From the NCBI GenBank assembly GCA_950097015.1, contig CATNEN010000007.1, positions 3,348,001-3,412,000 of the forward strand: a stretch of 64,000 bases of DNA, in the 5' to 3' direction. Positions 24,935 through 38,500 of this stretch are shown piece after piece. Below the pieces are notes generated by a model. That model ran no database searches. It was not told the origin of the DNA and saw nothing but the letters and a program-made list of their open reading frames with translations. The DNA comes from Macrostomum hystrix. Lineage: Eukaryota; Animalia; Platyhelminthes. Both the position numbers and the translations under genes were made by a program. The first letter of the stretch is position 1. Each line of letters begins with the position of its first letter.

Positions 24935-26673
24935 CTGAAGATTATTGGGAGCAGTTATAAACAAAGCTAAAATATAACAAACAAACAATAGGAACACACA
25001 GCAATAAATTTTTTAAATGAAAACTGTTTAAAGAAAAGCATATTATAAAATATTAGTGCACATATATCAACAGTCTAAAACATAGATACTGCATGATCAA
25101 CAGTGTTAAATGCATCTTATACAGCTTACAGAGCTAGAAAATTGGGAGTAATTTTTGTCAGTATACATGCCGGTGTTCATTACATCATTGGGGAGTATTG
25201 GCTATAAGATAATCTTGCATAAGTTTAGACTGAAACAGCCAGTATCTAAAATTGTAGATCTTGGGCTCATTGCAGTGCACAATGACCACACTTTAAAAGA
25301 AAAAAATTTAAGAACTGCAGTTTTTTCATTTTCTATATGCAATTTTAAAGCTTGTAAGTACATAAAAATTAGACAAAAGTTTTGTGAAGCTATTTAATTA
25401 CTTTTTTGCCCAGATTGTCAATTAACTTTATGGTATATTTAAGGAGAACTACTTGCTGAGAATTTTAAAACAAACTTAAGACAGGATGTATCTTAGGAAT
25501 TATATATTTAATCTTTAAAAGCTATGGCTCACATAAATGAACCTAAAGGATACAACCTTGTTGGAATCAGCTATTTATATATCAATTAAAAAGTAAAAAA
25601 TATTAGATTTAAAATAGCCTATTACAGTATTAGGAATTTAGGAAAATAGCCAAGAGGCAAGAAAAGCTAGGCCAAGCTACATCTTAACTTAGATAATGTT
25701 GGGCCTATTTACTTTTTTTGTCTGAATTAGTAGGCCTAATAATAAAACTCCACCAAACTTTAAAGTCTACATTCTATGCCAGTTTTGTTTAATGTAGAGG
25801 GTCCTAGACAAGGGGGTGACAAACTACTCATTTCTATTTGTTAGGAACATGGCAATAACAATAAACAAAAAGCTGCTATTTATACAATTATAGTACAATT
25901 GAGTGAAATTGACCACTTCCACCAAGAACTGATATAAAAAACAATAAAAACTTTTTTATAGGTGAGTACCACGAAGGCTCATAGCACAAGGCTCATATAG
26001 AACAAAGGGTAAAATTCTTGAAATTTGCTTAAAACTGTTTTAATGTTCTAAATGTTGTACCAATTTTATGTTCCTTGTGGCTAAAAGCATATGCTTAAAT
26101 TATTATGAATAGCATTCTAAAAGCTACTAAGACTTAAGGTAAGCATTTTCTGTGAATCAACTCAATACTCAGTTAGCCTAGGCTTGTGGCTAAAGGTAGT
26201 TATCGCCTTATGTACCTAGCCAAAGTTTCAGGAAATTTGGGTCTTGTCTTTTATATGGCGGGATGGGTTGACTCTTAATAAATCGCTTAAAACACAAAGT
26301 AATATAGCCTAATGGCAAGTCAGAGTTACACAAGATATTGTACATATTGTATTGCCATGTTATACAAGACCGGCCTGTTATACAGGACCACTAGACCGGC
26401 CTATAATCTTCTAGTGGCGGCCTTGATGGCTTGATGCTATAGTTTTCCATTTATTGTTGAACACGCTTTTCAAACGTGCTGCTCGCGTGATGCGTTTTTG
26501 TCGTTAAAAATATATTTAAAACAAAAAGCCATGTCGTGACGAATACTTCCATATATATTTTTTTGCTTTTTATATAAATCACTTCATATAACCAATTCTG
26601 CCAACAAAGGCAAGACATATGCAAGGATATATTTTTATTGATTGCTGATATCAACTACTTTTTCATGAGTGGG

Positions 26674-27170
26674 TCTTTCACCGCATTGTTTTCCGCATGG
26701 TTTTCCGCATGGTTTTCCGCACGGTTTTTTTCCGTGTAAAAATAAAAATTTTTTTGTATGGTGTAAAAATTACTGTGAAACTGTAATTTAATTTAATGGA
26801 TGGTATGATATGACCTGGTATAGTATTAATCTTGTATGATGAAGTAGTCTATATGTTAGCATATGACATGATCTGGTATGATATGGTATAATATGGCATA
26901 ATCTGGTATGTTATAGCATGATTTTGTATTATATGGCATGATATGGTATAATATGGCATGTTATGGTATGATATGGCATGATCTGGTAAGATATGACCTA
27001 GTATCATATAATCTTGTATGATATAGTTGTTAGAATCTCTTTCATATGTTTGCTAAAAATGTTACCAAGGATTATTGCAGCACATGAGTGCTTTATTCAA
27101 GTCAGCATGATGCAAAAATACAGGAAAAAAATCATGCGGAAAACCATGCGGAAAACAATGCGGTGAAAGA
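26674..27170. mobile_element. Foldback/MITE-like element 1 (~500 bp)
   Basis: Perfect 38-bp inverted repeat: tctttcaccgcattgttttccgcatggttttccgcatg at 26674, with its reverse complement ending at 27170. It contains an 11-bp sub-repeat. The interior is AT-rich with degenerate atatggtat repeats. No TSD is evident. Confidence 0.7.
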
Positions 27171-27189
27171 TGTATACGTACTTTTTCAC

Positions 27190-27656
27190 CCGTGTTGACA
27201 GAGATAGGGTCTAAGAAACGGTAATCGAACATGCGCGACGGTTGCCTAATGGGCAAATCAGAACATGTTATTTGTTCCGAGAACATGTTCTTTTTAATTC
27301 ATAAGGCTTCGTAATGTAAAATATATATATGGAAAAGATATAAAGAAAAAGCGATGGCCTTTACAGGCCAAAAAAGAAGACATAATGGTAAAGATAACTG
27401 GGGCTTACAACGTCTGTAATTTACTGTAAAGTCTGCAAAATATACATACCAGCATTTAGCCTAAATATGAGCCACCAATATATCTTTTTTTCAACAGCGC
27501 ATATTATCGCGTGTTCAGTACCTAGCGGTATTTAATATACATTAAGTAGCCTTATTAATTTAAAAGAATATGTTCTCGGAACAAAGAACATGTTCGGAGT
27601 TGACTATTAGGCGACCGTCGCGCATGTTCGATGTAGCCTAAGAGTCGTCAACACGG
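27190..27656. mobile_element. Foldback/MITE-like element 2 (~470 bp)
   Basis: Imperfect ~100-bp inverted repeats, 27190-27294 vs 27562-27656 (shared ccgtgttgac, atcgaacatgcgcgacggt.gcctaat, gaacatgtt.tttgttccgagaacat). Confidence 0.7.
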
Positions 27657-28587
27657 CTGACTTTTTACAAATCATCAAAATAAACAAAATACCACCAAAG
27701 TAGTAATATACAACTTCGTAGTACATAATACTTTTACATGCGGATCAGCATAGTTAAATTACTATCTTTATTTTAAGTATGAGAATGGCACATATTTACG
27801 ATGAGAATGAAAATAGACATCGCTTCGCCCTCAACCAGGTCGCCTTTAGTATTTATTTTGGAGCTTGAGACAATAATTAATGTGCTCCAGTGTTGGATAA
27901 CACATTGAACAACAAAAAACGAAAGCATGCTGGCATGACGATTTATTCACAGCTGATTGACCTCGAATAAGTAGCTAATATTCTGTACGATAGCATTCAC
28001 ACATATTGAGCTATTTTTATACGCACAGAATCACATGTTGATAGATAAACCAATAACCACTAGGACTAGACTACTACTACTTCTAGTGTTCCTTAAGATA
28101 AAGTATAAGGTCACCCGGTCAAATCAGTTTTCGAGAGAAGGCTTTTAAGTAGTCGTCGAGTGTTTTATTCCTTTAACGGATAGCAAAATGCGGGGTTTTA
28201 GTGTTCTTAAAACCGGCGAAGAAATTTAAAGGCAGAAGCGATTTTATTTATAACAATAAATAGAGCCAACTTTTTGACAGACTTACGTCGTATAAACAAG
28301 ACAGAATTAAACAAATTTTTCAATGCAAAAAACTTATGCAATCATAGGTACTTTAATTAGAGCGATATAAAAAATATAGATTTATGTCAAGTTTGAAAAA
28401 AACGTAACAATAACTGACATTGCAGACGTTAATTAATAAGCAAACATGCGTTAGACAAAAAAGTTAACATTTTTCATAATTTTAATGAGTTCTTTTATCG
28501 TAATAGATAAACTGGAACTTGAAATTGCAAATGCATTATAACAGCATAGTCAGAATGAAACGGTTCAAGGATTCCAGTTAAAAAGCG

Positions 28588-31500
28588 CTACAGGATAGCA
28601 TACTGACTGTAGACCAACTCTCGAACTCGGAAATAGTCCTCGCTGCAGGCGCCTTCAATCAGCAGCCGGCCGGCCTCCGTTCGTTTGACCGCCACCCGGC
28701 CGTTGACCACCAGGACGCCGCCCTGGAACTCAGCAGTCATGCCGATCTCCTGCAGCCGCTGTTTGACGCCGTGCAGTTTGGGCTCGCCGATGAACACAGT
28801 CTTGTGATCAGGCGGTCGGTCGTTTTTCCACGGGACCAGAGTCGGCTGTTCAGTCGGACCCTCCAGGTGAATGCTGGCGTCAACCCAGGCCAGCTCGTAT
28901 TCTCCCAATGGGAAGAATTGCAGACTGGAGATTAGGGAGTCCTTCACGCGCGCCTGATAGATGTGAGCCTCCTTGGTGACGTCGACCGTGTCGCCGTTGG
29001 CAGGCGTGTGGATTCTCTCGGGCGCCAGACCCATGTTGGTGCGGCAGTACTCGGCCAGGTAGTCGGTGGCCTCCCGACTGCCCATTACTAGCACGGTCTC
29101 GCGAGGCTTCAGCGTTGAGATGATCTTCTTAACAGCTTCGCCGTCCGAGCGACCTTCAAAGTCAATGAAGGCGACGGTGCAACGAATTTCGACGTCGACC
29201 TGTTCAACGATGCACTTCGAGGGCGGCTCCGAGTCGCGAGCGGCGCGTTTTGCTGCCGTAGCGGCGGCCGCTGCGGCTGCGGCAGCAGCGGCGACTAGAG
29301 CAGCCGTGGTACGACCGCGGCCGCCTCCTTCGTCAGCGATGGCCGACGGCGCGAAGAGAGCGTTGAATACGGTTGGATCGACCGGTTCTCCGTAGTCGTC
29401 GAATGTTGGCCTAGAAAAATAAATTTTAACTTAGGACCTGGAAGCTTCGTGAATACAAACTGAGGATCTGAAGGGTTGGTGGTTAAGAACTGAGGATCTG
29501 AAGGGTTGGTGGTTAAGAACTGAGGACCTGAAGGGTTGGTGGTTAAGAACTGAGGACCTGAAGGGTTGGTGGTTAAGAACTGAGGATCTGAAGGGTTGGT
29601 GGTTAAGAACTGAGGACCTGAAGGGTTGGTGGTTAAGAACTGAGGACCTGAAGGGTTGGTGGTTAAGAACTGAGGACCTGAAGGGTTGGTATTTGGAACT
29701 GAGGACCTAAAGGGTTGGTGGTTGGGAACTAAGGATCTAAAGTTTCAGTTTAAAACTCAGAAACAATAGTTTTTGAGTGGCTTAAAGGGCGACACGGGAC
29801 CAGTCGCAGCTGTACCTTGACTCCACCATGGGGTAGACCAGCTGCTGCTGCTGCTGCAGCGGGTGATGATGGATCTGGCTCAACTGGCGCTGCTGATGCT
29901 GGGCGGCGCGTTTCGCAACGCTGGGATTCGGCAGGATGTCGTGCGGAGACGCAGTCAGCATCGCGGAGATCTGACCGATTCCACTGACCCCGATGCCGGC
30001 CCCACCGCCGCCGATGACTCCGAGACCGCCGACGCTGCCGTTCATCGGGTCGTCCTTTTCAAGCTCCTCGTCATCGCTTGACTCGTCGACATTGTCGTCG
30101 ATGTCGGCTAAACTGTCGGCGACGCCGGCGATGGAGGAGTCGACGGCACCAGTCGGTGCTGCCCCATGCGAGCGCTTGGCTCGTTGGAAGGCCTCGAGTT
30201 CGGCGCCCTCCAGGCGAACCTTTCGCTTGACCTCCAATTGTACCTATTGAGTGATGCGCGATTGATTTGTTTATTAAGCTAAAACAGAGATGAGAGTGGG
30301 AAAGTTGCACGACAGGGGGGTACAGGAGAGGGAGAGATAGGAGAGGTAGAGACAGGAGAGAGTGAGGGAGAGACAGGAGAGAGTGAGGTAGAGACAGGAG
30401 AGAGTGAGGTAGAGACAGGAGAGAGTGAGGTAGAGACAGGAGAGAGTGAGGTGGAAACAGGAGTGGGTGATGGAAGTCACCCTGTAAAAAATTCGGCTGC
30501 TTCTTCGGCGGGTTTTTGTGCAAAATAGGAGTGGAATCTACCAAAATCCCCCCTATCTCGCAAGAGTTAAAGAAACCACCCAGGAAACCGCTGAAGAATC
30601 ACCCAAGCCAGTGGCCCATGGGACAACCAGAGAATTATTTACGGGCGATTCCTCTGCGTTTTCTGAGCATGGAATCTTCCGAACTGGAGGATTCTTTGGG
30701 TGATTCCATTTCGCCACCAAGAAGCACCGAGAAAACGCCCAGTTGGGTAGATTCTAAGCATGGAATCATCCGATTGGTATGTTTCCAGCGTTCGGCTGTT
30801 TCTTTTTCTGGAAACACCGCAGATTCCAACTGGAATCACCCAAAGAAACATCCCTATTTTTTAGCGGGCAAATCCAGACCCTTTGATACAGCACAGGTAG
30901 ATGCAAAGTGGACTCACCTGTCGCACATTCTTATTATCGATGAGGTAGCGGGCAAGACTGCCCGGCACGCTGCGCTGCGTCAATATAATGGCGTTATTCT
31001 CAGCGCCGGCCCACTGTTGAAACAGCTGCCTGGTGAAGCCCCAGTCCAAGTCGGCCTGCGAGGCTAGAACTACGCGCGGCTCGCGCACTCTGGCCAAATC
31101 CTGGTTAGAGTTTAATGTTCAAGTCATATTACTTTCAGTAGGTGAAGTTGGCAGCATTTCTTAACTCACCTGCAGACTGTGACAAACGTGAAGATAGCGA
31201 AAATTGAACGGATTATCGCGACTCAATTCGAACTGCTTAGTGACCCGATCGCTCATCCATTCCACCTGAGACTTGGCGTGCTCCACCACATTGTGAGCCA
31301 CGCAGTTGAGCAAGGCCAGGCTGTAGGCCATGAGACCGGATTGCTGATTCTGCCAGAGCTGCTCAAGCAGGTGAGTGAGCTCAAGACAGCGGCCGGCTGT
31401 GTCCGTGGCAATCAGCACATTGCCGCCGTCGCGCAAAGTGCCAAGAATGGACGTCATGAGCTGCTCGTCGCGAGCTCGACGCCGGCGCTGATTGTACAGC

Positions 31501-33311
31501 ACGTTCGCGCAGTCCGTGATGAGCAGAGACGGTCGGAAGGTCAGGTCGAAGCTCGCGCCGTTCAGATGGCGCTCCTTCTTGTGATTGTAGCCCAGGGCGT
31601 ACACGATCTCCTCTTCGCCGTCGACAATTTTCCAGAGGGTGGCGCCCAGACTGTGACCAGCCGGGAGCGGCGTGATGGCCATACCGTGGCCTGGGTGATG
31701 GGACACATTTTTGGATAGCCGTGAGCAAATAGTACTACTGACAGAGTAGTACTGACTGAGTAGGGAAAATTCTGTCTCAAAGGATTGCTTTCTATTAGGT
31801 ATGACACCCGCGAAGACCTAATTCTAAGACAATAAACGTGGGTACAATTATCTCTGGGACGATACCCATGCGGATAATAATCTCTGTGACGATACCCATG
31901 GGGATAACAATCTCTTGGACGATACCAGTGAGAATAATAATCTCTGGGACGATACCCATGAGGATAATAATCTCTGGGACGATACCCATTGGGATAATAA
32001 TCACTGGGACGATACCAGTGGGAATAATAATCTCTGGGACGATACTCATGGGGATAAAAATCTCTTGGACGATACCAGTGGGAATAATAATCTCTGGGAC
32101 GATACCAAGGGGGTATAATAATCTCTGGGACGATACCCATGAGGATAATAATCTCTGGGACGATACCCATTGGGATAAGAATCACTGGGACGATACCAGT
32201 GGGAATAATAATCTCTGTGACGATACCCATGGGGATAAAAATCATTGGGACGATACCAGTGGGAATAATAATCTCTGGGACGATTCCCATGAGGATAATA
32301 ATCTCTGGGACGATACCCATTGGGATAATAATCACTGGGACGATACCAGTGGGAATAATAATCTCTGTGACGATACCCATGGGGATAAAAATCTCTTGGA
32401 CGATACCAGTGGGAATAATAATCTCTGGGACGATACCAAGGGGGTATAATAATCTCTGGGACGATACCCATGAGGATAATAATCTCTGGGACGATACCCA
32501 TTGGGATAAGAATCACTGGGACGATACCAGTGGGAATAATAATCTCTGTGACGATACCCATGGGGATAAAAATCATTGGGACGATACCAGTGGGAATAAT
32601 AATCTCTGGGACGATTCCCATGAGGATAATAATCACTGGGACGATACCCATGAGGATAATAATTTCTGGGATGATAACAGTGGCCGGGGACAATCAACTT
32701 AAGACCATACCCGTTGGGACGATTCCAGGTGGGCCGATACCCGCCGGGAAAATTTCTGTTTGGACGATACCCATTGGGACGATTCCTGGGAGCGATTTCT
32801 GGTATGACAGTGGGGAAAATTAGATGAGACGATTCCGGAACGCAAAGACAGTTTCCAGACGAAACCCCAACCCAGTAAAGCACGCACCCTTGCCATCGAA
32901 GGTGACAGTCTGCTGATACTTGAGCTGGTGAACCCGATCGAACGCCGCGTCGATATCGTCCAAGCTGAACAGATTGAAGTCCTCGGCTGTGGCGTGGGAC
33001 GCGTGCAGATCGTAGAGCATCATCTGGCCCATGCGCCTCACAGGCACAGTGGAGTAGATCGGGCAGGACAGGCCGCACTTGCCCACTAGATATGGCAGGG
33101 CGCCAATGTAAAATGGATCCGAATGGCTTAGCAACACGGCGTCAATCTCCTTGGCAACGAGTTTCAATTGGTCAACATAATCAGCTTTGAAGCTGGAGTC
33201 CCAGCCGCAGTCCAGCAGCACTTTGAATTCGTCGATTTGCAATAGGAAACAGGGCGGCGACTCCGATTGGGCGCCGGAGAAGGCGCGAAGCTTCACTATG
33301 CAGGTTGCCAT
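28588..33311 (-). CDS. CPSF2: Cleavage and polyadenylation specificity factor subunit 2 (CPSF100), 792 aa
   Basis: Exons 33311-32888, 31690-31170, 31100-30918, 30243-29816 and 29410-28588 join in frame (2379 nt). Diagnostic motifs: [59 protein letters not shown], and the C-terminal [22 protein letters not shown]. Confidence 0.97.
29455..29745. repeat. 30-bp minisatellite (aactgaggatctgaagggttggtggttaag)
   Basis: Tandem copies in CPSF2 intron 4. Confidence 0.96.
30330..30470. repeat. 21-bp repeat (gagacaggagagagtgaggta)
   Basis: Tandem copies in CPSF2 intron 3. Confidence 0.9.
31850..32810. repeat. 30-bp minisatellite (gggacgatacccatgaggataataatctct) with higher-order variants
   Basis: Tandem copies in CPSF2 intron 1. 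Confidence 0.96.
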
Positions 33312-33684
33312 GGCAACTGGCGCGGATGTGCGAGGAGCGGGGACTTGGGACGAGACAGATCGAAATAAGATTGGCCTGGTTGCAGTAGCTGAAAAGTTAA
33401 TTGATGGTAATTTAGTACTTTCTTGACAACTTCAGTTAAAATACTGACTGGGATGAAGTACACTTGGGATTAATAAAATTGAAAATCGATAAAATATCGA
33501 AAAATTATAACATAAAAATCGAGAAGAAAAATCGATAATGTCGAAAAACAGATACTACATAGAAATGCAAGAATATAGAACCTAACAATTTCGCAAAAAT
33601 ATAAGACTATTAATATTCCACTTTGAATATGCGTCGATTTATAAATAGCTCGTATCATACAAGCTAATCAATATCATCATCAAT

Positions 33685-34495
33685 GGGGAGTCATCATCAA
33701 ATGAGGGATCATGGTCAACTGGGGGATCATTGTCAACTGGGGGATCATTGTCAACTGGGTGATCATTGTCAACTGGGTGATCATTGTCATCTGGGGGATC
33801 ATTGTCAACTGGGGGAACATTGTCAACTAGGGGATCATCATCAAATGGGGGATCATGGTCAACTTGAGGGGATCATTGTCAACTGGGTGATTATTGTCAA
33901 CTGGGGGATCATTGTCAACTAGGTGATCATTGTCAACTGGGGGATCATTGTCAACTGGGGGATAATTGTCAACTGGGGGATCATTGTCAACTGGGGGATA
34001 ATTGTCAACTGGGGGATCATTGTCAACTGGGTGATCATTGTCATCTGGGGGATCATTGTCAACTGGGGGAACATTGTCAACTAGGGGATCATCATCAAAT
34101 GGGGGATCATGGTCAACTTGAGGGGATCATTGTCAACTGGGTGATCATTGTCAACTGGGGGATAATTGTCAACTGGGTGATCATTGTCAACTGGGGTAAC
34201 ATTGTAAACTGGGGGATCATTGTCAATTGGGTGATCATTGTCAACTGGGGGATCATTGTCAACTGGGGTAACATTGTAAACTGGGGGATCATTGTCAACT
34301 GGGTGATCATTGTCAACTGGGTGATCATTGTCAACTGGGGGATCATTGTCAACTGGGGATCATGGTCAACTTGAGGGGATCATTGTCAACTGGGGGATCA
34401 TTGTCAACTGGGTGATAATTGTGAGCTGGGGGATCATTGTCAACTGGGTGATAATTGTCAGCTGGGGGATCATTGTCAGCTGGGGGATCATTGTA
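33685..34495. repeat. 18-bp minisatellite (ggggatcattgtcaactg)
   Basis: Tandem copies between ENOX and CPSF2. Confidence 0.96.
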
Positions 34496-35224
34496 GTTTT
34501 TAAAAACTACAGCTGCTAAAAAGTATATACTGGACGAATTAAAAATATTTCTGCTCCCCGAAGGGGGGCAAAACTTGCTAGTACTAAGCTAAACATTGGA
34601 TAAAAAACGAGAAAGCCTTTTATGTGCTGTATAGTTTCACTAAATTCGCAAACATTGCGAAATCAGCTCATCTGTTTATATTTGGCCTTTAATGTGAGTA
34701 GAAAGTATAAATTCACAGCAAAAGAAAGTATCCAAAAAGTTTACATTTGTAAATTTTCTTTTGATAAAAATTTCATTAAGAAAGAGAATATAAAGCAGAT
34801 AGAGAAAATGCTAGCAGACAATGACTAGACAAAAACTGAAAGGAATATATCAGTTTTAATCATCTAAAAAGATATATACGCACTTTAACAAGTAACAACA
34901 AAAGAATAGCTTTGCTAGAGAACAGGAATAGTAGTAAAGTTTAAAGAAGTCCTTTTTAGCATTGCGATTGGACAGCAAAGTACATCAAACGATGTTCCTT
35001 AAAAAGCTGTAAAAAGCCATGGGGAGACATACACAATTTCCGCTGTTACGATACCTTTCTTCAAGGGGGTACAATTTGGTTGGACGATACCTGTATGAAT
35101 AGTTTTGTTGGGACGATACCGGACCTGTGGGTAAAACTTTGTTCCGACGATACCGGAACACTGGGCAAAATTTCGTTGGGACGATACCGGACCTGTAGAG
35201 ACAATTGGGCTAGGATGATACCGT

Positions 35225-35510
35225 AGATGTGCGGCGATTACCACTGGGACGATACCTGTGGGCTAATACCACTGGGACGATACCTGTGGGCTAATACCAC
35301 TGGACGATACCTGTGGGCTAATACCACTGGGACGATACCTGTGGGCTAATACCACTGGGACGATACCTGTGGGCTAATACCACTGGGACGATACCTGTGG
35401 GCTAATACCACTGGGACGATACCTGTGGGCTAATACCGTTGGGACGATACCTGTGGGCTAATACCACTGGGACGATACCTGTGGGCTAATACCGTTGGGA
35501 CGATACGGCT
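35225..35510. repeat. 28-bp minisatellite (gtgggctaataccactgggacgatacct)
   Basis: Tandem copies just downstream of the ENOX stop. Confidence 0.96.
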
Positions 35511-35596
35511 GGGGAAAACGCCTGAGGAGACGAATTAGCAAAAATAAAAAAGACTCAACAGATTGGCATGATTTGATTAACAGCATCAAGGAGTGT

Positions 35597-38500
35597 CTAA
35601 TCTCGAAATTGTGCGAAACCGCAGAAGAACCATTTTGTCTGCAGATTGGCGCCTTCACCTGCGCACACCGACTCAAACAGGTTCGGATTGTCCTGAAAAA
35701 AAGGTGAAAAGGTTGAAAAGCTGATGAATAAACACACCAAGTAGGAAAGGAGAACAAAGCAGTACTCACGTTGAGCACAGAGTCCAACTCAGCTAGGCGG
35801 CACGGACATCCCTGTGAGGATAAATAATTTTGAATGTAGGCCAAACTGGCCCCCCTGGGGTGTGCGTGCAGGAAGATGCCAATCAGACAGGCTAGGCGGG
35901 CTCCTTGGTTGCTAATAGCAACGCCGGCACCAGTAGAGACGCTAGGTTCGTCGTATCTAAAACGTTTAGCATCACTAACGTTGCTAGGCGACCCGACTGT
36001 CTGTACGGCCTGATCGACAGTTAAGGGTCGGATTGGCGGAATGGCGACTGCTGCAGCCGCCGCTGCTGTTGCTAGGGGCAACGCGGCGTCGCCGTCTCGC
36101 TCGGTGTCTGAGTCCAGGTCCATTTCGTCCTCTTCTCGCTCAGACAGGAATTGAGACTGCTCACGCTCGTGAATGCGCTGAGAAGGGCAGAGGAATTAGG
36201 CAGGTCCAACCTCAGTCCCAATCCAAGTTCAACCTCAGTCCCAATCCAAGCTCAACCTCAGTCCCAATCCAAGCTCAACCTCAGTCCCAATCCAAGCTCA
36301 ACCTCAGTCCCAATCCAAGCTCAACCTCAGTCCCAATCCAAGCTCAACCTCAGTCCCAATCCAAGTTCAACCTCAGTCCCAATCCAAGTTCAACCTCAGT
36401 CCCAATCCAAGCTCAACCTCAGTCCCAATCCAAGTTCAACCTCAGTCCCAATCCAAGCTCAACCTCAGTCCCAATCCAAGCTCAACCTCAGTCCCAATCC
36501 AAGCTCAACCTCAGTCCCAATCCAAGCTCAACCTCAGTCCCAATCCAAGCTCAACCTCAGTCCCAATCCAAGCTCAACCTCAGTCCCAATCCATTCTGGG
36601 ACTAGCCTAGCAACCTCACCCCCCAATTTCAGCCCCATATGCCCAATAATAAGATAGAGCAAAAGTACACGCGCAACAACTAACCTTGACCTCGGCCAAC
36701 CAGGTGAGCAGATTCTTTCTCTGGGCCTTGCTGAAGTGTTCCAAATGCTGCTGCTTGCTGGCCTGCTCCAGAACCAGTCTGATTTGGTACACTGTGTGAT
36801 TGGGGATGGCGACGATAGAATTGGGTGGGAGATGCTTTGCGGAGTGATGGGATTATGGTTCATTTCATAAAAGTGCATTCTATTCACTAAAAAGGTGCAT
36901 CCGATAAAAGTGCATTTCATTGACGATAAAAGTACATTAAAAAGGCCACAAAGGAAACTCACACAATTTAATAATAATATCCAGCCTGAGCCGGTGCAGC
37001 TGAACAGCATTCTGAAGCTCGGCAGACAGCCTCGTCTTGTCCTGCAACAGACGGCGCACGTGACCGTGGGCGGTCTGCAGCAGCGTGTGAAACAACGCCG
37101 CCCGATCCTTGTCCAGAAGGTCGCCTTCCTCTAGCCAGACGCTGAGGCAAGCGCAGGCTTCGGCCACGGAGTCCAGGTTGTTGCGCCGAAATAATTCGGA
37201 AATGTAGACGACAGCTTCGCCTTGGCTCTACGGAATGGGTCATACCAGTGATAGGCCTTGAGAAACGGCTTTGAGAACGGCGAATCAACAGATCAAATTG
37301 CGAATTTAGGTTGCCATGGAAACAGACGCGGATATGCGAGGAACTAAGGACTCTTAGGACTAGACAGATAGAAATAGAGTGGCTGGTTCTAAATGCTGGA
37401 GTACATAATTATGATAATTAGGCGTTTTTAATGCAACATCAGTTTTTTACTGACTGGAAGAAAATACTTAAAGGATATAAGAAAGATAACAAGCGTTCCC
37501 TGTACAGCCCAATGAGCAGATCAGGGGCCAAATGTTAGGATGCGAGTACACACTGATTTGGTCTGTGCCTTCACTTGAATTCGGTTTCTGGTTTTTAGTG
37601 TACATAGATTCGAGTATATATTGAGCTTATAGTCAGTGCTACCGCGATCAATAATTTTGAATTGCTGAGTTTGCCGACCTTTTTTAACCAATGCTCTCTC
37701 ACTCTGGTGTACAGGTGCCGTTTTGGTTTGGTTTTTGCTATATAGGAAACGTTCTGGTCAACAGAACACGCAAACTTAAATTACACAACACCTGCAGCCA
37801 AGTCTGCTAACGTATTGACCGACCTTGGCAGTGCAGAAAACAATTTTAATAGGCGTGTTGAAGTATCTACGGGAACTTTTCTCTATTTTCTTCTTCAGCC
37901 GGTTAGAGCAGCTACGGTACGCAGCGAATCAGGCTTGCGTCCGAAGTTTAGCATCAAATTCGTGAAAGTCAATGAAAGGGAATTTCCTGTCACCAACTTC
38001 AACAGTGAACAGGATGTGTTTGTTGAGGGAGTTCAGAGCTCTATGAAAATCTATGAGTTATTATTCCTCTGAGGGAGTTCAGAGCTCTATGAAAATCTAT
38101 GAGCTATTATTCCTCTGAGGGAGTTCAGAGCTCTATGAAAATCTATGAGTTATTATTCCTCTGAGGGAGTTCAGAGCTCTATGAAAATCTATGAGTTATT
38201 ATTCCTCTGAGGGAGTTCAGAGCTCTATGAAAATCTATGAGCTATTATTCCTCTGAGGGAGTTCAGAGCTCTATGAAAATCTATGAGTTATTATTCCTCT
38301 GAGGGAGTTCAGAGCTCTATGAAAATCTATGAGCTATTATTCCTCTGAGGGAGTTCAGAGCTCTATGAAAATCTATGAGTTATTATTCCTCTTTGAAAAT
38401 AGCGAACGTGTCGAATCGACAAAATTATAAAATCAAAAGAAGGCCAGAATATTTCGAAATTACCTGAAATGACGAGAAAAGTCTCGGCTGAGCTCGCTGA

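Noticed and set aside
24935-24997. MFLLFVCYILALF signal-peptide-like N-terminus for URB1
   Set aside because: It starts at a GTG in T-rich, intron-like sequence upstream of a clear acceptor, and URB1 is nucleolar.
38030-38392. CRISPR-like look of the 46-bp array (also the 52-bp and 55-bp arrays)
   Set aside because: Units are head-to-tail with no unique spacers, there are no cas genes, and the context is a eukaryotic intron.
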